Shown in pieces: positions 27,901 to 32,000 of a stretch of 32,000 bases of DNA. The translations under genes and the position numbers were made by a program. The stretch lies in NCBI RefSeq assembly GCF_032714475.1, contig NZ_JAWDKD010000026.1, forward strand, positions 43,835-75,834, written 5' to 3'. Each line of letters begins with the position of its first letter. The stretch's first letter is position 1. Origin of the DNA: Methanolapillus africanus. Lineage in GTDB: Archaea; Halobacteriota; Methanosarcinia; Methanosarcinales; Methanosarcinaceae. The notes beneath the pieces were generated by a model, which did no database searches, had not been told where the DNA came from, and saw only the letters and a program-made list of their open reading frames with translations.

Positions 27901-30203
27901 CATATCTGATTCCATGTTAAAATCAGAACTTAGAGATATTGAAATTCGTCGTCTGACGAGGACCGCTCAACGTCCGTGAAGTGTTAAAATCAGAACTTAG
28001 AGATATTGAAATAAACATAAGCGGACGGAATAGCCTTATAGCCTACACGGTTAAAATCAGAACTTAGAGATATTGAAATGCGTGTTGATGTTGTTTTGTG
28101 CAATCATCGGCAACTGGTTAAAATCAGAACTTAGAGATATTGAAATGTTATTAAAAGGAACAAAACGTGGTCGAGATTCTAGTTAAAATCAGAACTTAGA
28201 GATATTGAAATTAATCTTTCCGAGAGCAACACTGAACGCCTCGACGTGTTAAAATCAGAACTTAGAGATATTGAAATCAGCTCGTATGAAAGAAACAGTT
28301 TCAGCCTACGAAAGTTAAAATCAGAACTTAGAGATATTGAAATCCTTAAAGGACAGTTATGTAGTTGGATGAACCTTTCGTTAAAATCAGAACTTAGAGA
28401 TATTGAAATTCTGAAAAAACGTATCTTGAAGCAATGCTGAAAGAAGGTTAAAATCAGAACTTAGAGATATTGAAATCACTTCTTAATTTTCGTAAACCGG
28501 GCGCGATTTTGTGTTAAAATCAGAACTTAGAGATATTGAAATATGCTAAATTTTGACAAGGCGTGTATTCGGACACGGGTTAAAATCAGAACTTAGAGAT
28601 ATTGAAATCTGAGGAAAAGAAAGCGGTTGCCGACATGAATGCCTCGTTAAAATCAGAACTTAGAGATATTGAAATAAAAAACATATCTTTCAGCATTGCT
28701 GAAAGAAGAAGAGTTAAAATCAGAACTTAGAGATATTGAAATCCGTTCTAAGTTTCAATATCGGAAGTATTGAATTTTAGGTTAAAATCAGAACTTAGAG
28801 ATATTGAAATTTGTAAAGAAAATGTCAGGTCAAATCAGAACGCTTAGTTAAAATCAGAACTTAGAGATATTGAAATTCCGCAATTGATTCATTCGGAATC
28901 GAATTGGTTGAAACGTTAAAATCAGAACTTAGAGATATTGAAATCGGCAATGCTGAAAGAAGAAGAAATCGGGGAGTAACCGTTAAAATCAGAACTTAGA
29001 GATATTGAAATTTGTTCTTTTATTGGTTAACGTTAACAATGCTATCCGGTTAAAATCAGAACTTAGAGATATTGAAATAGTCCTCTTTTTCCGCGATGGC
29101 GGACGTGAATAAACAGTTAAAATCAGAACTTAGAGATATTGAAATGTTTGGCCACGGCCAGACACCATGACCGGTGGGTGAGTTAAAATCAGAACTTAGA
29201 GATATTGAAATTGAATCTGAACTTGGTTTGCAGGTTGAAGAGTCAAGTTAAAATCAGAACTTAGAGATATTGAAATCAAGGCGAACACGACGACGCGCCG
29301 TTTCGCTACATCGTTAAAATCAGAACTTAGAGATATTGAAATCAGTCCAGTTTCCTTTGGTCGGAATGAAGTTGATAACGTTAAAATCAGAACTTAGAGA
29401 TATTGAAATCTTTAAGCGTTCTTATTTGGGAAGACATTTTTTTAAGTTAAAATCAGAACTTAGAGATATTGAAATGGAACAAGATCAGCAATCTCCGACG
29501 TCGACAATTGAGTTAAAATCAGAACTTAGAGATATTGAAATTAAAATGTGAATCGTTATCAGGAATAACGATTTTAAGTTAAAATCAGAACTTAGAGATA
29601 TTGAAATATCGATTTTAGAGAAGTCTTAAAAACAAAATCGACGGTTAAAATCAGAACTTAGAGATATTGAAATTATTTACCAAATTCAAAAAAGGTTGTT
29701 TCAACAAAAGTTAAAATCAGAACTTAGAGATATTGAAATGCAGGAACTGAAAAAAGGCCGGCTTGAAATAATTGAGTTAAAATCAGAACTTAGAGATATT
29801 GAAACTATGATTATGTTTCTCTTGTGAATGATTTACAAGTGTTAAAATCAGAACTTAGAGATATTGAAACTTTCCTGCCATATTTTAGTCTCCTGTAAAG
29901 CGTGGTTAAAATCAGAACTTAGAGATATTGAAACGATGTTTTGTCATCTACTGTGAACGCTTCTTCTACTTCGTTAAAATCAGAACTTAGAGATATTGAA
30001 ACTATTTATTCCTCGTCTTCAAAAATGATATTTTCTTGTTAAAATCAGAACTTAGAGATATTGAAACGAGAGAAGTTCCGGATTTGTTCTTGGCGTACAT
30101 GAAGTTAAAATCAGAACTTAGAGATATTGAAATCGTGGAGACGGTGAATAGCCCACTACAGATCTGCGTAGGTTAAAATCAGAACTTAGAGATATATTAA
30201 AAT
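24942..30203 (+). CRISPR. CRISPR array, 80 repeats / 79 spacers, repeat GTTAAAATCAGAACTTAGAGATATTGAAAT (30 nt), spacers 33-38 nt
   Basis: I located every repeat start by hand (24942, 25005, 25070 ... 30038, 30104, 30172); periodicity is 63-68 bp. Repeats 1-73 and 79 end GAAAT, repeats 74-78 end GAAAC, and repeat 80 is degenerate (gatatattaaaat). The 3' ATTGAAAT fits the 8-nt crRNA 5' tag of type I-B systems. Confidence 0.98.
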
Positions 30204-30277
30204 AGTGAAATACGATTTGAATCCGGACGTTGGCTTATCTTTATTAAAAAAATAGATTTTTGTGAATTATTTTTAGA

Positions 30278-31036
30278 TTAACTTTTTCTAAAAATGACAT
30301 GCATCAATTTGGACCACAGTGTATCCGTTCCGTTTTCTAATTGCTTGATAAAGGAGCCCAGATTTTCGGTGCTGTTGTAAGGCGGTCCTTGGACCAACTG
30401 GCCGCCGACAATTCTGTAAGTGAGAGAGGGGCCGATCGGCTCAAAGTGCGACGCCTCGTCAAGCGGCGTCATTTGTTCCGTTTCATTCATCTGCAAAAAC
30501 AAAAGAACCTGCTCGCCGGAAACGAAATTGTAACAACTGTCGCCGGTCATGTGCCAATCGCCGACGTCTCCGCCGTAAGTGGCAATGAGAATATCTTCCC
30601 GGCTCATGTCATATTTTTTAAATAACTCCGGATTATCCTTCAAATAATAATCCACGTGAATGAGCGTCTCCGTCACAATGTATCCATTGAGAATGGAAAC
30701 GTTTTCCGGCTCGTGACCGTCAACCGTATTCCAACGGCTCGGATAAACTTCTTCGACGGTTCCGACAATGATAATGTCAGCCATATTTTTGCATTCGGCA
30801 ACAGACAACTCGGCGTCCAGACTATCGAAATCCGGATCATTTTCATCCATAAACGATGTGTTGTAACCACGCCACATCTCTTCGTAGTACGCCATTTCAT
30901 CCGGCGTTAAAGCGCGCTTTCCGGTCGGGTTCGATAAATCGTCATAAGAAACGATGGCTGTGGCTAACCCGGCCGCTAAAACCAAGACGGCAAAGGAAAA
31001 AACAATGACACTAAAAAGAAAGTTTGTTTTTTTCAT
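30278..31036 (-). CDS. Secreted or membrane-anchored hypothetical protein
   Basis: N-terminal MKKTNFLFSVIVFSFAVLVLAAGLATA signal/anchor. Several N-x-S/T sequons. ATG 31036 is preferred over the TTG at 31042. No family recognised. Confidence 0.55.
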   Translation of the reverse strand: MKKTNFLFSVIVFSFAVLVLAAGLATAIVSYDDLSNPTGKRALTPDEMAYYEEMWRGYNTSFMDENDPDFDSLDAELSVAECKNMADIIIVGTVEEVYPSRWNTVDGHEPENVSILNGYIVTETLIHVDYYLKDNPELFKKYDMSREDILIATYGGDVGDWHMTGDSCYNFVSGEQVLLFLQMNETEQMTPLDEASHFEPIGPSLTYRIVGGQLVQGPPYNSTENLGSFIKQLENGTDTLWSKLMHVIFRKS

Positions 31037-31226
31037 AACCAACGCCTTTTGACGCTTATACTAATAACTATCATGCGGTTATATTTAATTCTATTTATTA
31101 TTATACACGAATTAACTTTAAGTGTTTAATCAAAATTATATTATTCGATGAATATATTTGAATTGAACAAAATATATTGATTTAGATTTGTCTTAAAGAA
31201 TCATTTGAAACAGTTGTCGTCAACTG

Positions 31227-32000
31227 TTAAAACATATTTTGAAGATACCGAATGATCCGAGTGACGAAGGATTCGTTCCCACTTTCCTCCGGCGGATTTT
31301 GACCGTCGTTCTCTTCAGGTTCATTACCGGACGTGTTGTTGCCGGAAACAACCATAACATTTGCCACAGTTTCGTTTTCCATATTTTCAGGAAGCGGTTC
31401 CTGATCGACTAAATCGCCGGCATCGACATCCGATTTCGGATAAAGTGCATGCAATCCCAAAAGATCGTCAGATTTCAATTTTCGAAGTGAAACCGTATCC
31501 GAGCCGCTCGGAACCATAATTGTTTGAGTGGCGTCGACGACAGTATTGTGGTCCAAACCGAGAACATGGCCGAGTTCGTGCGTTGCCACGCCCTGAACAT
31601 CCGGACCACTCCGGCTGCCATTGGTTTTCCAATCCGTGACATTTGAATTGAACAAAATTTCCACATATTTGTAACGCAGCGGAACATCGGATGAATTGTA
31701 TTCGGCAGACTCAACGCCGGCATTCGATGGGTTGGGCGGCATTGAAATCCAAACCAGTCCGATTTTATTGGCGTAACCGGCCGGCATCTGCGTTAAATAA
31801 ACATTGTTCCCGTTTTCCCCGGTCGAGAATGTTGCGCCGGAATCGGCGTCATTCCATGTTTTTTGGGCGGCGTCGAGCGGTTCAATCCATTCGAGCGGAA
31901 GGGCGCCTTCCCCTTCCAATGTGTAGGTCAGAATGATGTTCGGGTCTTCCCACATCCAGTCCATAGCTTGATAAGCATTTGCGGGCAACGCTAAAGCCAT
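31227..32000 (-). CDS. Metzincin (matrixin-like) zinc metalloprotease, N-terminus outside the window
   Basis: HELGHVLGLDH (HExxHxxGxxH) zinc-binding motif with a downstream Met-turn-like LHALYP. Acidic/Asn-rich C-terminal tail. The ORF runs off the window end. Confidence 0.7.
   Translation of the reverse strand: MALALPANAYQAMDWMWEDPNIILTYTLEGEGALPLEWIEPLDAAQKTWNDADSGATFSTGENGNNVYLTQMPAGYANKIGLVWISMPPNPSNAGVESAEYNSSDVPLRYKYVEILFNSNVTDWKTNGSRSGPDVQGVATHELGHVLGLDHNTVVDATQTIMVPSGSDTVSLRKLKSDDLLGLHALYPKSDVDAGDLVDQEPLPENMENETVANVMVVSGNNTSGNEPEENDGQNPPEESGNESFVTRIIRYLQNMF

Noticed and set aside
26620-29551. ORF-track ORFs inside the CRISPR array (26620..26823, 26694..26918, 28246..28440, 29336..29551) with recurring LKSELRDIEI peptides
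   Set aside because: The recurring peptide is simply the translated 30-nt repeat. The ORFs exist only where spacers happen to lack stops, so they are not genes.
1-32000. tRNA, rRNA, C/D-box sRNA, transposase or integrase genes
   Set aside because: I saw no T-arm-like GTTCGAATC-type motifs with cloverleaf context, no rRNA-like conserved blocks, no convincing C (RTGATGA) / D (CTGA) box pairs in intergenic regions, and no transposase/integrase-like ORFs. A covariance-model scan would be needed to be sure.

Overview
This window looks like archaeal, methanogen-type chromosome, read by eye with no searches run. All protein calls rest on motifs I recognise in the supplied translations.

Left half (about 1-16.8 kb), mostly GC-richer housekeeping and energy genes:
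- a small duplicated-module hypothetical protein
- a 45-bp tandem-repeat block
- a DUF169-like gene
- a large ankyrin-repeat protein
- an AT-rich three-gene islet: PIN-like nuclease, overlapping acidic ORF, and a convergent small membrane protein
- a four-subunit pyruvate:ferredoxin oxidoreductase operon (porGDAB, minus strand)
- a tRNA-dihydrouridine synthase
- a fused corrinoid-binding/MtaA-like methyltransferase, resembling the MtsD/F/H fusions of Methanosarcina
- a hydantoinase/oxoprolinase-family ATPase followed by a divergent thermosome paralog

Right half (about 16.9-30.2 kb), a markedly AT-richer type I-B CRISPR-Cas locus:
- a decayed, inverted 5-repeat mini-array
- cas8b-cas7-cas5-cas3-cas4-cas1-cas2
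- a 193-bp leader
- an 80-repeat, 79-spacer array with the 30-nt repeat GTTAAAATCAGAACTTAGAGATATTGAAAT
- no cas6 anywhere in the locus

The window ends with a secreted hypothetical protein and a partial metzincin/matrixin-like protease.

Most interesting observations:
- the cas6-less but apparently active I-B locus, with a decayed inverted array sitting where cas6 normally lies
- four spacers that tile one roughly 77-nt target on both strands and in three allelic versions
- two adjacent spacers that themselves look like pieces of a foreign, related CRISPR array
- the hydantoinase plus pseudo-chaperonin gene pair
- the PIN islet
- the 45-bp minisatellite
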